Source of the DNA: Malacoraja senta
Lineage: Eukaryota
Length of the DNA stretch: 64,000 bases
NCBI GenBank assembly: GCA_038087875.1
Contig: CM075977.1
Location: 1,674,001-1,738,000 of the forward strand
Reading direction: 5' to 3'
The translations under genes were made by a program, and so were the position numbers. Every line of letters starts with the position of its first letter. Within the stretch, counting starts at the first letter, position 1. The notes beneath the pieces were generated by a model, which was not told the origin of the DNA, did no database searches, and saw only the letters and a program-made list of their open reading frames with translations. Shown here in pieces: positions 1-14,396 of this stretch.

Positions 1-195
1 CTATCTCTCCACATCACCGTCTATATCTCTCATTTCCCTTTCCCCTGACTCAGTCTGAAGAAGGGTCGCGACCTGAACCATCACCTATTTTCTCCTGAAG
101 ATAGACACAAAGTGCTGGAGTTTACTCAGCGGGTCCGGCAGCATCTCTGGAGAAAAGGAATAGGTGACGTTTTGGGTCGAGACCCTTCATCAGAC
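1..195. mobile_element. Penelope-derived short element, inverted pair, each arm with a degenerate hammerhead core
   Basis: CTGAAGAAGGGTC at 55 (+) and reverse copy at 166-193; shared TGCTGGAGT..ACTCAGCGGG core. Confidence 0.7.
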
Positions 196-3100
196 ATGTG
201 TGTATATATATGTATGTATATTTGTGTATGTATGTATATAGGAGAGAGGGGGGGTCTGACAGGCAGATGGTTGGACAATGGCCAGAGATGAAAAGACAGA
301 TTTTATTTCATTGCATGGATTAAAATACCTAATTTTATTTTCCTACCAAGAAACGTGGCATAAAGTAGCTGGTCAGAGAAAGAAGCCTACTCTGCATTCT
401 TCTCACAATGAAAATCAAAAATTGTGCATACTGTTTAAGAATTTTCCTTCACACTAATAACTCTTCTCTTTAAAAAAGGCTGCAAATATAAGTTCTGGCT
501 GAGGCTTTAGTTGCTTTGGAAAGCATGACAGCCTACTGAGAAATCCACAGACATGTACAGTGGTTTTAATCAGCACCAGGGCACATTCATTAGACATGCT
601 GTATCCTGCAAAATTCCTCACTGGCAGGAGATACTGTAATCAGGAGGTCGCATTTGTACATTTTTCTCCAATACACCAGTGATTCCACGTGGTAGGTATT
701 TCACTGACTTAAAGAGCTTTGCCCAATCCCACGGCAATGAAAAGCACAGAGAAAAGCAAATGTTCCTCTCTTTTGGATCCTGCATCCAGGCAATAAATGG
801 TACAAGTCAATGACTGTCCTTTCTTCCCCAGTCACAGATGAAGACCTTTTGTTGATTGGGTTTCAGACCAGAGATGGGGAACCTCTTTGAGGAATTTGAA
901 TTTGCACAGCATTCACTTCCACCCATGCCCTTTAATCTGAGGTATGCCACAGCTTGCCCTCAGTCCCACAATAGATTTATAGTATTCAAAACCTTTGAGC
1001 AACTTCATGACATTGGGAAATACCTGGTTCTTTGGTCTCCCTTCTGGACAGTTATGCATGACACATTTTTCTCACCTGCCACACCTCAACATGGTCACGT
1101 ATAAGTGTTTGGTAATGGTGTAGGGAAATTGTGAAGGGCTCTTAACCCTCCAATCTGCAACAACACAGCCAAGCTAAATTTCAATTTGTTGCAAGCCCCT
1201 TCAGCCCCATGTCTTCATAGAGAGAGAGAATTTGTATCACATAGTACTTTCAAATGCTTTAAAGTCTAAAGTTATTTCTCTATTTTGTGGTAGCCCATTA
1301 ATGCAGAGTCAGCCATTGATGAAGACCTGATGACCTATTTTAGTCATGTATTGTTTAGCAATATGTATTGGCCAAGGAAATGAATCTTTGTAAATAACCT
1401 GGCCCAGCATGGCATTTACATTTAGACACCCATCATTCAGGCCAAACCTTACAGTCCCCCTTCAACCAGCTTACCCATCATCCAATCTTGGAGGCTGGTG
1501 ACTTATTCAGCTTTGATTTGATGAGATTGAAGCCACCATCTTTGAGCTACACCACAAACTTCACTCCCTTTGACTTCTTGACTGAATCTGGCATCCACCT
1601 CCACAGCACTAAGCAACCTCCCAATAGTCCCTTCACAATCAAAAACCATCTGTGTGCTTTCACCACCTCAAAGGTAACTGGCCTGTTCTTTCACTTCCAT
1701 GATCTTTGTAGGTAATTAAGAAATCTGCCACTAATTTTGTTAACCTGCACAATGTCCTATTGGCTCTGGGTTTTCAGTCACCCAACACTTCAGCATGGCT
1801 GCATACTTTCTCACCATCCTGTCTTGGCCTTTACCTCTTTTGGGAAACTATGTGAATTCCCCTTCCCTTTATTTCACTCTTCATGACAGGCCCGTCTTTT
1901 ATCAGTGCTTTAAACTTTATAAAGTCTGCCAACAATTATATCATACAACATCAAACAAAATTCAGCTTTATAAATTTTGTGTCCAGAGTATAAAAATAAT
2001 GTTCTGCTTTATTATGTTGATCTAATGTTGTACAGCAATCATACTCTCTTCCTAAAGGGTTACTCTCAAAGGTTTTTGCTTCCAGATTTATGTAGCCACA
2101 AATGCAATTCATTGATTTAAAGCATATGATCATGTAAAAGCTTCAGATTGTATTAATAGAATGCTGCTCGCAGAAAATAATCGCTGTTATTAGTCAGCCA
2201 GGTTTGCAGAACTTTCAGCGATGCGCACTGCTATCCAAGTTGGATCAACTGGATGGAAAAAGTCATTATTTTTCTATGTTCAGCAGTGTATTCTAGTTCT
2301 GAGAAATGCACATTTCATCACACATACACACACACCGTATCAGTCGAACTATAGTGAGCAAAGCTGTTGCACATAAAATCTAATCTGAATTGGGTCTTGC
2401 AATGTATTTGAAGAGAAACAGGATCAATTACTTTAACAGAACAAAAATCACTTCAGACTTTGTGAGAATTTGATTTATCATTGTTGCAAAACATCTGCTT
2501 TATTCAAACCTATAATTGTTTTTTTTTAGTACTCATAATCCTTTAGAATGTTAATGGGTTCTAAACCAAAGGGATTCACTTGATGTGATACAACTTCCTC
2601 AAGAGATGTTTTTCTCCTGATTTATTGCGTTAATATATCATGAGCAAAGTGACAGAACATACTTTTGAATTTGCCTTTGATACGTTATTTACAATGTCGT
2701 CTGTTTGGCCCGTCAAACCATGTCATGTTCTTTTCTCCCAGAGGAGCCACCCAGTCTCCCCTCGCTGTTCTACTTGCTCACATACCCTTTGGTATCAAAT
2801 TCTCTTTAACATTCTCACTGGCATCAACTACATTGTGTGTAAGAGAATTCCATATTCTACACACTCTTAATTAAAAGGTGTGCAGGTATCAATTGCATTT
2901 ATATAACGCTTTTTAAAAACTAAGCTTCCCAAAGCACTTCACCTGATGGAAGCAAATCCCATTTGGTGATAGAGTTACGAAAAATAAGCCGAAGAAGGAT
3001 TAAAAAGAAAGTGGATTTGAGGAGACTTCAATTGGGGAGACAAGTAACAGGTCAAATGCTTGGGCTTCTTAAAGTTTTTGCACTGACAAAATAATCCTTT

Positions 3101-3584
3101 CTGGGGGATGCAGATTAAAACTGCTGGAAATTTGTTCTCATTTTCTTAGATACCTAAATCTTCAGAATTGCTTCCTACTTTCTGCGATTTATTTTCTTGT
3201 GAGAGAAGTCTGCTGTAGTCTGGGCTGAAAGCAGACAGTTTGAGAGCACCCAAATGAAATGTTGTGTAAACCGACTGTCTGTTTTAAACGGTCTTCATTA
3301 AGAGACTTTGATTGATATGCTAAGCTGGAGACAAAGTGAGTGGAGAGTGTTGATAGGGGAAGCCTGATTTGTTTAATCACCTCAGCCCGCTCTTACTGAT
3401 CTTTCCAGCAAACCTATTGAAAAGTCCAGTCAGAAGAGTTAGAGAGTTATTACACCGACATCCATTGAGCAATGGCAACAGCACCGTTTCTGCTTGCACT
3501 TCTCAAAATAATTATGTTTCTGATAGGAAGGGTCAAGATGGATTTAGAAAGAGGATCTTCAGATGAATCTATTTATAATCATCA

Positions 3585-3840
3585 TAGAAACATGGAAAGA
3601 TAGGAAAAGTAGGTGCAGGAGTAGGCCATTCAGCCCTTCGAGCCAGCACCACCATTCAATATGATCATGGCTGATCATCTAAAATCAGTACCACGTTCCT
3701 GCTTATTCCTCTTATCCTTTGATTCCTTTAGCCCGAAGAGCTAAATCTAACTCTCTCTTGAAAACATCCAGTGAATTGGCCTCCACTGCCTTCTGTGGTG
3801 GAGAATTCCACAGATTCACAACTCTCTAAGTGATAAAGTT
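3585..3840 (-). mobile_element. CR1 LINE 3' fragment
   Basis: Reverse complement of the CR1 3' UTR seen at 9840-10000. Confidence 0.8.
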
Positions 3841-4094
3841 ACACTGAAATAATTAGCAACCCCTAAAAATACTAATAATTAATTAATTAAAGTTAGTTGT
3901 ACTAAAGTGCAGTTTCAACATGGACTGGCGTTAATTTCCAGAGAGTGCAGGGACAACTGCCTCTTGTAGTGTTTAACACTTTTTTTGCGTTTCTGATCCT
4001 GATTGTGATGAAAGTTGTTGTGGTGCACGATCCAAGTTCATTCTCACCAAGCCTTTTTTGTGTTATTGGATTTTTAAAAATTCAGTCTGTTATT

Positions 4095-4190
4095 GTGAAG
4101 AAGGGTCTTGACCCGAAACGTCACCCATTCCTTCTCTCCAGCGATGCTGCCTGTCCTGCTGAGTTACTGCAGCTTTTTGTGTCTAGCTTC
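4095..4190 (+). mobile_element. Penelope-derived short element with hammerhead core
   Basis: TGAAGAAGGGTCTTGACCCGAAACGTCACC followed by the family body. Confidence 0.7.
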
Positions 4191-4816
4191 TGTTATTTAG
4201 GCTTAAATTTGGCGGGTATTAATCAGCTATTAACTAAGTGAATCAAAGAGGTTGTCCTCACAGATGTTGATGAAAAGGAATTTCATTTAGCAGATTATTA
4301 TAGTTATCTTTCCCATTATACTTGGGTTAGTACAGTGTAAGCAATTAGCTGACACTTAATGTGAAGGTGTAGTTTTCTTCGTGACTGGTGGCAGCATGAA
4401 AATAAATGGCTCATAAGTAAGGCAGCCGTATATCATAAATCAGAAACCTTACAAAATAATGGGCCCAATTGTGCTGGAAAAGTAAAAGGAAATTATATTA
4501 TTAATGTGCAAACTAGACATCAAGTTCAGGGGATTAAAGGTGCACTGTGAGTGTTCAATGTTCAGAACTTGCTGTATGATTCCTGCAGTTTGGCTCATAA
4601 AATGGCTTCTCTTGGTTATTTTAAGGAAGCACCACATGTGTATGCTTATTGGCCATGATGCAAAATGTTAAGCTGCTCAGTAGGTAGTCTCAGCATTAAG
4701 CGTAATAATAACTGATCATTCTTTCTCCAGTATGACTATTCTCATTTTCTGTAGCCTCTCCTCGTAAATTGGGAGCAGAATGCCAACTACCAATGATTTC
4801 TTCCAAGGTTGTGAAT

Positions 4817-4985
4817 AACACAAAATGTTGGAGTAACTCAAACTCTTCTGGAAGAAGGGACTCGACCCGAAAGGTCACCAATTCCTTCTATCCAGAGTAT
4901 ATTCTGCCTGTCCCGTTGAGTTACTCCAACATTTTGTGTCTATCTTCGGTATTGTCTAAACCAGCATCTGCAGTTCTTTCCAACA
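4817..4985 (+). mobile_element. Penelope-derived short element with short 5' inversion
   Basis: Family core and 3' end ccagcatctgcagttc. Confidence 0.65.
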
Positions 4986-6470
4986 CACTGAACACCACTC
5001 TCCAGGTGGAGCCACACTTGTGATCTGTATAGGCTCAAAATAACCTTCTGAGATGTGTACTGTATTCTGGCTGCACAGCCCACAGTTTTTTATACTTCTG
5101 TCTCACACTGCTAATAACCTTTGAAATTTATGTATCTGTACTCCCAAATCACTCTCTGACATGCAGTGTAATATTTCATTTATATTACCACTATTTATTA
5201 TAATTTCCCAGTCCCAAAGCTTTGTATTTTCTATATTATATATTTCCCACTCAACAGCCCAGATCCAGAGTCTGTCCGGTTCTTTCTACATTTGTTAAGT
5301 TTGTTTCCTGTTTTTGTAGTTCTTTCCAGTTCAGTGTTGCCTGCAAATGTGGAGAATTCTGATTTTCAACATATAGCCCCAGCATTTTCTTCAGAAATGC
5401 CACCCTCCTCTGCCCCCACGTTCATCTACCACAGTTTATTTTTTATCTGTTCTCTCTTGGTTTCAGTCCCTTCAGACACTGTTTCGGTCACTGTCCACCT
5501 GTACAGCATCTTGACAACTATCTCTGAAGTTCATTTGAAGTCTAGCAGAATAATCAAAATAAATATCATGTGCTGATCTGTCCGTATCATCGTTATATCC
5601 AAAGTGATTTTACTGACATTGTGACCCCTCTCATGAAGCCAAATTGGCTTCCTCTTACAATTCTATATTTTTTCCAGTTGATTCATCTCCCATCAAAGTG
5701 TTCAGCCTGGAAAGGCCAGACTGGCTCCTGTAGTCCCCTCTTTCATCGTATTTTCTTTCTCCCTAATTTTGTGGCATTCCTCATAAGGGAACTTCAACAA
5801 AATGATTGCATTGATGATCCCAGGTGCAAATTCATATCCCACTATAATAGCTGGGGAATTCAAATTCGTTTTTTTTTAAATCTGGAATGAAAATCTAATC
5901 CCAGTAACTAATCCTGAAACTCATAGATTGTCATAAAAACCCATGTGGTTCATTAACATCCTTCAAGAATGGAAATCAGTCTTTCATATTCAATCTCGAC
6001 TCCGGTTACACAGCTATGTGCTTAACTCCTAACCATCTTTCAAAGTGGTTCAGAAAGTCAGTGGTAATTAGGGATAATAATTTAATTGCAAAACCTGCTG
6101 TGCATAAATTGATGACTGTGTTTTCAATGTTACATAGAACAGTTCAGCACAGGAACAGGTTCTTTGAATGTAAAAATCTGTTCCTTTCTGGTCTGTCTTC
6201 TGTATGGATAAATTACATAATTTTCCCGGTTGAAAATCACATGCAATATTCAGATTAAAATAAATAATCTATCTTTGTCAAACGGCATGGAATTAGGCCA
6301 TTTAGTCAATGAGTCCATGCTGGCTCCATGCAGAGAAATTTCCCCATTTACATTCTATTTCGTATTTCCCTGTAACCCTACAACTTTTTCCTCACACACT
6401 CGGCAGTCCACACCCTTTGATTCATTTTTGTAGTTTTCTATTCTAAGGAGTAATTTATAATCACCCATTT

Positions 6471-6760
6471 GGGCGGCACAGTGGTGCAGCTGGTCGAGCT
6501 GCTGCCTCACAGCACCGGAGACCTGGGTGCCGTCTGTTTAGAGTTTGTACGTTCTCCCTGTGACCATGTGGATTTCCTCTGGGTGGCTTCCTCCCATATC
6601 CCAAAGACCTGCAGGTTTGTAGATTAATTAGCCTCTGTAAATTGCCCCTCAGTTGTAGCGAGTGACTGAGAAAGGGGGATGGTCTAAAACCAGTCTGAAT
6701 AAGTGATCAATGATCAGTGGACCGAGGGGCCTGTTTTCATGCTGTATATCTACACTAAAG
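6471..6760 (+). mobile_element. HE1-like tRNA-derived V-SINE (partial reverse copy follows at about 6770-6900)
   Basis: GGCGGCACAGTGGTGCAG A-box head, GAGTTTGTACGTTCTCCC central domain, CR1-like tail. Confidence 0.8.
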
Positions 6761-7242
6761 ATTGATCTACTAGCACAACTTGGGATGCGGGAGTAAACCA
6801 GAGCAACCGTAGGAAACCCACGAGGTCACAGTAAAAACATGCAAACCTCACGCAGATAGTCTCCAGTTTCAGGAATGGAACCCGGGTTCCTGAAGCTCAC
6901 CATGTCCAGCCTGCCATTCCCTATTTCTACCTGTTTTCAAAAATCCATAATACACCTGTTGCTCAAAATCTCTCAGCCTTGAATATACTTTTGTAACTAT
7001 GTTGACAGCTCTCTCTTATTTTGAAACCATGCCCAATAGATATTTCCCAGAATCTATGCCATTAAGCTCATAATTATATTTCATCAAAACTGATAATTGA
7101 CCCAACCTGCTCATCTTTCTGTCATTAGACAATGCTTTTATCCCAGGAATGAATCAAGTCAACCTTCTCTGAATTGTTTTGAGTGTATTAATGACAGATA
7201 TTCCAAGCTACTGTGGTGTCACCTGATGGTCAGACCACTTAC

Positions 7243-8065
7243 TGTCGAACCCTCGTCAGTGGTTACGAGGACTGTCACGTGACGTCATGGGTTAAGGGGA
7301 GTGTCCTGCTACATCAGCAGATCTTAACTTGAGATCACCAGTCAACAGGTAGCTGAGCTCGGTCAGCAGCAGCAGCAGCAATGACTCAATATGTTGGAGA
7401 GTCCCAAACGCACATGTATGTCAAACTTATCTAACAGAATAAAGTAACCATTTGATCACAAAGTTTGGAGTCACTACATTGGTGACCCGCGATGATCCAA
7501 ATTGGGATTTTGGATTTCTTCCAAGGCATGTCAGCAACAGCCCAGCCCTGCTGAACGACGCTGCCACCAACCGGGCTCTACCGTAATGTTTGCCGCCGAC
7601 GACCACCTCAATGCCCTCATGTGACTGGTCTCGGCGTTCGCTGGCCGCCCTGGTCGATGGGCGCGATCCGGACCTTGTTTGACAACCGCCAATCTCTCCC
7701 GCATGGCCCGACCACCGGGGCTGAGAGGCCGTGGCCGCCGCCACTCCCCCACCAGCTACTGCAGGAGCTGCGAGTTGATCAGCCCCCCCGCCCCCAGCAT
7801 CACCGGCACCGCTGCCCGCGGCCCCGGGAGCGGGAGCGGGGAGAGAGTGGGCCCACCTGTCACCCCGCCGGCTGCTGCTCAAGGCCTAGCCTCCCGATCG
7901 AGCGGGCCTACCTAGAGTGGCTGCCCGAAGACGTTCTTCTGCTCCTCGTCGGTGCGGATTTCGACGATCCCCGGCCACTGGCTGCCCGTCCGGTTGAGCT
8001 GTGGTCGGCCCAACAGCGGGATGAAGCCTCAGCCAGTCGTGCATCGCTGGTTTCACGACGGATTC
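7243..8065 (+). mobile_element. Gypsy (CsRn1/Kabuki-like) LTR retrotransposon relic: 5' LTR 7243-7478, tRNA-Trp-like PBS, degenerate gag
   Basis: TG...CA LTR of 236 bp containing AATAAA; TGGTGACCC at 7480; gag-like peptide YLEWLPEDVLLLLVGADFDDPRPLAARPVELW. Confidence 0.7.
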
Positions 8066-8141
8066 CCCAGCAGCTTCCAGTCGCTAAATTACTCCAGCAC
8101 CTTGTCATCTTCTGCTCCACTTCAATATTTCTTGTACAAGA

Positions 8142-10003
8142 CATCTGTCTTCACTAAGGAAGACATAAATAATCTGCCGGAAATAGCAGGGAACCGCGGG
8201 TCAAATGAGATGGAGGAACTGAGTGAAATCCAGGTTAGCCGGGAAGTGGTGTTAGGTAAATTGAATGGATTAAAGGCCGATAAATCCCCAGGGCCAGATA
8301 GGCTGCATCCCAGAGTACTTAAGGAAGTAGCCCCAGAAATAGTGGATGCATTAGTGATAATTTTTCAAAACTCTTTAGATTCTGGAGTAGTTCCTGAGGA
8401 TTGGAGGGTAGCTAATGTAACCCCACTTTTTAGAAAGGGAGGGAGAGAGAAAACGGGGAATTACAGACCAGTTAGTCTAACATCGGTAGTGGGGAAACTG
8501 CTAGAGTCAGTTATTAAAGATGGGATAGCAGCACATTTGGAAAGTGGTGAAATCATTGGACAGTCAGCATGGATTTACGAAAGGTAAATCATGTCTGACG
8601 AATCTTATAGAATTCTTCGAGGATGTAACTAGTAGAGTGGATAAGGGAGAACCAGTGGATGTGTTATATCTGGACTTTCAGAAGGCTTTCGACAAGGTCC
8701 CACATAAGAGATTAGTATACAAACTTAAAGCACACGGTATTGGGTGTTCAGAATTGATGTGGATAGAGAACTGGCTGGCAAACAGGAAGCAAAGAGTAGG
8801 AGTAAACGGGTCCTTTTCAGAATGGCAGGCAGTGACTAGTGGGGTACCGCAAGGCTCAGTGCTGGTACCCCAGCTATTTACAATATATATTAATGATTTG
8901 GACGAGGGAATTAAATGCACCATCTCCAAGTTTGCGGATGACGAAGCTGGGGGGCAGTGTTAGTTGTGAGGAGGATGCTAGGAGGCTGCAAGGTGACTTG
9001 GATAGGCTGGGTGAGTGGGCAAATGCATGGCAGATGCAGTATAATGTGGATAAATGTGAGGTTATCCACTTTCCTGGGAAAAACAGGAAAGTAGACTATT
9101 ATCTGAATGGTGGCCGATTAGGAAAAGGGGAGATGCAACGAGACCTGGGTGTCATGGTACACCAGTCATTGAAAGTAGGCATGCAGGTGCAGCAGGCAGT
9201 GAAGAAAGCGAATGGTATGTTAGCATTCATAGCAAAAGGATTTGAGTATAGGAGCAAGGAAGTTCTACTGCAGTTGTACAGGGTCTTGGTGAGACCACAC
9301 CTGGAGTATTGCGTACAGTTTTGGTCTCCAAATCTGAGGAAAGACATTCTTGCCATAGAGGGAGTACAGAGAAGGTTCACCAGACTGATTCCTGGGATGT
9401 CAGGACTTTCATATGAAGAAAGACTGGATAGACTCGGCTTGTACTCGCTAGAATTTAGAATATTGAGGGGGGATCTTATAGAAACTTACAAAATTCTTAA
9501 GGGGTTGGACAGGCTAGATGCAGGAAGATTGTTCCCGATGTTGAGGAAGTCCAGGACAAGGGGTCACAGTTTAAGGATAAGGGGGAAATCTTTTAGGACC
9601 GAGATAAAAAAAAACATTTTTCACACAGAGAGTGGTGAATCTCTGGAATTCTCTGCCACAGAAGGTAGTCTGAAGAAGGGTTTCGGCACGAAACGTTGCC
9701 TATTTCCTTCGCTCCATATATGCTGCTGCACCCGCTGAGTTTCTCCAGCATTTTTGTGTACCTTCGATTTTCCAGCATCTGCAGTTCCATCTTTAACACA
9801 GGTAGTTGAGGCCAGTTCATTGGCTATATTTAAGAGGGAGTTAGATGTGGCCCTTGTGGCTAAAGGGATCAGGGGGTATGGAGAGAAGGCAGGTACAGGA
9901 TACTGAGTTGGATGATCAGCCATGATCATATTGAATGGCGGTGCAGGCTCGAAGGGCCGAATGGCCTACTCCTGCACCTGTTTTCTATGTTTCTATGTTT
10001 CTA
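8142..10003 (+). mobile_element. 5'-truncated CR1 LINE (ORF2 RT domain, frameshifted), interrupted at 9670-9799
   Basis: [34 protein letters not shown] and FADD motifs; RPHLEYCVQFWSP; (TTTCTATG)n tail. Confidence 0.95.
9670..9799 (+). mobile_element. 130-bp Penelope-derived insert nested in CR1, TSD AGGTAGT
   Basis: AGGTAGT at 9663-9669 and 9800-9806; the insert begins with the hammerhead core. Confidence 0.8.
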
Positions 10004-12716
10004 CAAGGAAATCTAGATCTCTATTAATCCACTTTCTATTCCTACCAAAGTGGATAACCTCATATTTTGCCTCAAATGACTGCCTGCCACTTTCTCACCC
10101 ATGTGTTTAACTTGCCTAAATCCCTTTATACCATCTTGCCTTCATTTGTATGATCAGTAAAATTCAGATACTTGACAATTATTCCATCATTGATATAGAT
10201 TGTAAGTAACCAAGCCAAGAAATTTAAAGGAAGTGAGGGTTATGGGGAACTGGCACAGAAGAAAAGTTGAGGCCAGTGTACTTCAACCACAATCATATTG
10301 AATAGTGGGTCGAACAAGCAGCCAAGTGGACTACTTCTGCTTTTATTATGTTCTTGTGGCCAGCATTAATATGTTAGGCATCAAATTTTAAAGTGACTTA
10401 TTTTTTCCAACTATTCGTTTTCCATCTGTGAACCAGTTCACTAACCAGCCTAATATTAGTACCCGCAACCTCCTGAAAGCATATCTTGTGCGGTAATCTT
10501 TTATGGCACAATTTTTGGAATGACAAATGCATCATATTCACAGACTTGCCTTAACCTACCCTGCAGGTTACAGCCTCAAAGAACTGCAGTAAATTGATTA
10601 ATCATGACGTATTAATTTTCAGTTTGTGCTACGTTTTCTGACTGCTGGTAAATATAGTGAACAAATCAGATTTTAGGAAAGTATTTTTGAATTCCCTTTT
10701 CTGTGATCTTTATTGACCTATTGACCTGTGCAGTGTCTCCACAGCCCTCTTGGGTGGAGAATTCAAAACATTCACTGTGGGATGGATGAAATAATTTCTT
10801 CTCATCTCTATCCAGAATGACCAACCCATTATTTTGAGAATGAGTCCCCTGGTTCCAGACAAACATCCAGAAAAAACATCATCCCTGTCAAATCCCACGA
10901 GAACTTTGAATGTTTCAATGAGATCTCTTATTCTTCTAAGCATTTCTTCCTCTTCTCACAGAGTATAAACCCTAAATGTTTAATCATCCCTCAGGGATCA
11001 ACACCACTCTCCCTACTTCTAGTCATCCCATTGCAGGATTCTGGATACTGCGTGAAAGGTTTCTGTGGAAGATAATCCTCATGATATCAACAGTAATTTG
11101 CTGGGATGAACAGAAAATTGGTTTGCATGAATGAGTCCTTTTCTCTTTAATAAGATGTTAACAGGGGCCTCAACTATATAAATGACTACAGTTGTAACAT
11201 TTTCTATTGACACAGACGTGGGAATAAGTGGTGAAGAGGATGTTGGCCTAAAGGGATGTAGATAAGTGGGTCTGTTTGTACCTGTGCATGATTGATCAGC
11301 AAGTAATTAAGAAAATATTAGCAAATTATTATCAGCAAAATGTTATCTTTTTTTTTGCTAGGGAAATTGAATATAAAACTAGGAAGGTTATGGTTTACTT
11401 ATTTAGGGCATTGGTGAGGCCATATTTGGAGTGTAAGTTCGGGCAGGTTTAGAGCAGTAAGGTACCTTGATTGAAACATAAGATCCTAAGAGATCCTGTT
11501 ATAGAAGATTAAATAGAGGTAGAGAGATTTTTGATAAGCAAAAGGGTGATAGGAATGCAGAGTTGAAGTTCCATCAGATTGGCCATCATCTCATTAAATG
11601 GTAGGGCAGGCTTGAAGCTCTGCTTCTCATTTGTTTGTTCACCTGCCCCCTATATCCAAGAAAAGCTGGGAGTCTCATGCTTGTGCTGATTAATACTTAA
11701 TTAATACTGCGTTGCTTTTTGTGAGAACTTGCTGTGTTGTGAAGGGTTTACTGCATTATAAGAGTGGATAAGCTTGAAAAGTGCTTCACTGTGTGTATTG
11801 CATTAGGACATCTTGAAAAGACGAGAAAGGGTTCCCTATAAATGCTTGTCTGTTTTTCTTGTATCTGCACGACTATAAAAAGTCCAGTCTGAAACTGGTT
11901 GTCTACTAAATAGAAAGTGCTTTGGCAGACTGCAGTGGACTATAAAAGTCTCAGAAAGGTGTGGGACAATTTATTTTAAAGGCTGGAACAGGTGGAAGAT
12001 GCATCACAATATTTGGGTAGGAGTTCAATGAAAGGACATCAGCTGTTGATGTGAATTTTTTAATGATTCCAATGCACTAATTCCCTGCAAGTAAGCATGC
12101 AGGTGGCGAGACCTATAAAAGGTTAACAACATCTGAGATTTTACAAATAAGGACGTTTTTGCGTGTGTTGATAATTAAGGCAATGAACTGACTGATCTGG
12201 TCCATCTCCTGTATAGTTAGAACTACATGCATCCAGAGATAAAGGTTACTGCCTTAGAGGCAGAAGAAAAGCTAAAGGTTTAGTAGCTAAAATAAGAGTA
12301 AAATGTGCAATTAGTTTCAAAGCCTTGCAAGTTCTGGATCGTTTCTGTGGCCAATTGTTAACAGGTTATTATGTAGCAAGGTAAATATAAATCCAAAACT
12401 TGAAGCCAATGGTGAAGCAAGAAAGCTCATCAATGACCTCAAACAAAAGCTTTGCACAACCGTCCAGTGATACGTGGTGAGAATTTCTCCCTCAGGATGG
12501 AATCAAGCTGCCAACATCAAGATAGTTGATGAGTCAGTCATGTTAAAGGGTTCTCACAGGCAGCAAACCAGGAATGAAAAATCACAATTTTGATTTAACT
12601 TTGTCAACATTATACATATGCTATATTTGAACCTTCAGGTGCAATTAAGATAGATATTGATGTATCCTAAAGAGCTTTTAAAATTATAAATTTTAAACCA
12701 TTTCTGATTTAAAATA

Positions 12717-12808
12717 AGATAGACACAAGATGCTGGAGTAACTCAGCAGAACAGGCAGCATCTCTGGGGAGGAATGGATGACGTTTTGTGTTGAGACCCT
12801 TCTTCAGA
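12717..12808 (-). mobile_element. Penelope-derived insert, TSD CTGATTTAAAATA
   Basis: 13-bp direct repeats at 12704-12716 and 12809-12821. Confidence 0.75.
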
Positions 12809-14396
12809 CTGATTTAAAATATCTATATCAGAGCAACTTACTGGATCCTATTTTTAGGGCTGTATGGCTTGCTAAATGTGATTTGCTTTTATAAAACAAA
12901 AACTCAACTGGAAATCAAGCAGCAAAACACAAGATTTGTCAGAATACATTGCAGCAGTCTTGCTTAGAATTCCAGTTATTTACTGTGGTTGTGTTGACGA
13001 AAGTTGCAAATGGTGGGGACTGAATCAATAGACACATGCTTGGTATTTCTGATTTGAACTTCAGATGTGCAAGAATGTAGAAGTTCCTGGAGCTGATAGT
13101 TTTGTTATCATTACTATAAAATACAGGTTTTTGTTACTTCCTTTGTGTTGAAGTATGTGAATCATTAGCGCACTGCTATAATTTATCAATAGATGTCACA
13201 ATCTGAATAGTTATGCTAATTGCCAGTACACTATCTAAATGCGCCATTTTCCTTTTCCTTTAGCTGAGCTTTGCAGCACATTGATAAGTGTCTGTCGTTC
13301 AAATCGTGCATTTCAAACAAATGGCAAGGTTCACCTGAACAGCCAGTGAATTTGACAATTATTACATATTAATATGTAAAGCACATCATTAATATTATAT
13401 TAATATGATGTGCATTAATATGTAATGCACATCATTACATATTAATGATGTGATCGTGTGGTCAAAGGTTACTTGGAATTAACAAGGGTTGAATATTAGA
13501 TGTGGGATGCCTTTCTTTCATCTGCAGTGCCTTATGTGTGCATTCTTAAATGATTTATGAGGCTTTGGGTACCTGACCATTCCCCCTCCCATCATGGTTC
13601 ACAAATATATAGATAGGATTTCCATCCTTCATCAAGCCAGACAAGGTCAGGGTACTTAATAAAGTGGCAGCATTTTACATGACAGACAAGGGTCACCTCT
13701 GATTCCCAGGTTTGTTTCATGGTGCCCATACCCTTGCCACGAACCTTGTTGGTTAATCTTCCAGTGCATTATTTTACTTTCTTTAAAAAAATCTGATCTT
13801 CAGGGATATCATCCATTCTGGAAGTGTCCACTCCATCTGGAAATTTATCCTGACTCTGTGGGTTGAAGCTGGTAGAGGCTCCCATGATGGGAGTCTCTGC
13901 TGACCTCTATCCTAGGTTTTAAAGAATTAAACAGTGGCCTTGGCCTTCTTTTCTTTTCATGGCTCATGGTCAGAGAGCATTTGAAAGACTGAGACTGTAT
14001 GTAAGACAGTTGTATCTGGTTCTAAAATCCAGAACTTGGACCGAAATCCCCTCCAAAATAAAACATAATATACAGGAATGTGCTTGTCCAAGATTCAAAG
14101 TAGCACTCCAAATTTGCTAGGAAAGTTGGACTGTATCCATACAAGAAAACTGAACGTGACCCTGGGCTAAACTATCTCCGGGTGTCAGAGCACTCAAAAT
14201 GAACGTGTTAGTTCAAGATATGTTTTTTAAACTATACAAACAATAAACATCGCTGATATGGAGGATATAGTGCTATAATTACTGTCAATTTGGATTTTTT
14301 GAAAACTGTTGTCATGACTCCATTAATGTGAAACAGATGTCTTTTTGGTGTTGGATAAAATTTCACTTTCTGATTTGTACTTCTCCTTCTTTCCAG

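Noticed and set aside
7427-7915. Overlapping GC-rich ORFs as a host gene or CpG-island promoter
   Set aside because: Explained by a degenerate Gypsy gag downstream of an LTR and PBS.
7952-9738. Functional reverse transcriptase gene
   Set aside because: 5'-truncated CR1 with frameshifts near 8565 and 8941 and a nested insertion.
1-14396. Further MRPL13 exons
   Set aside because: I could not find the expected penultimate-exon peptide by eye; it is presumably upstream of the window.
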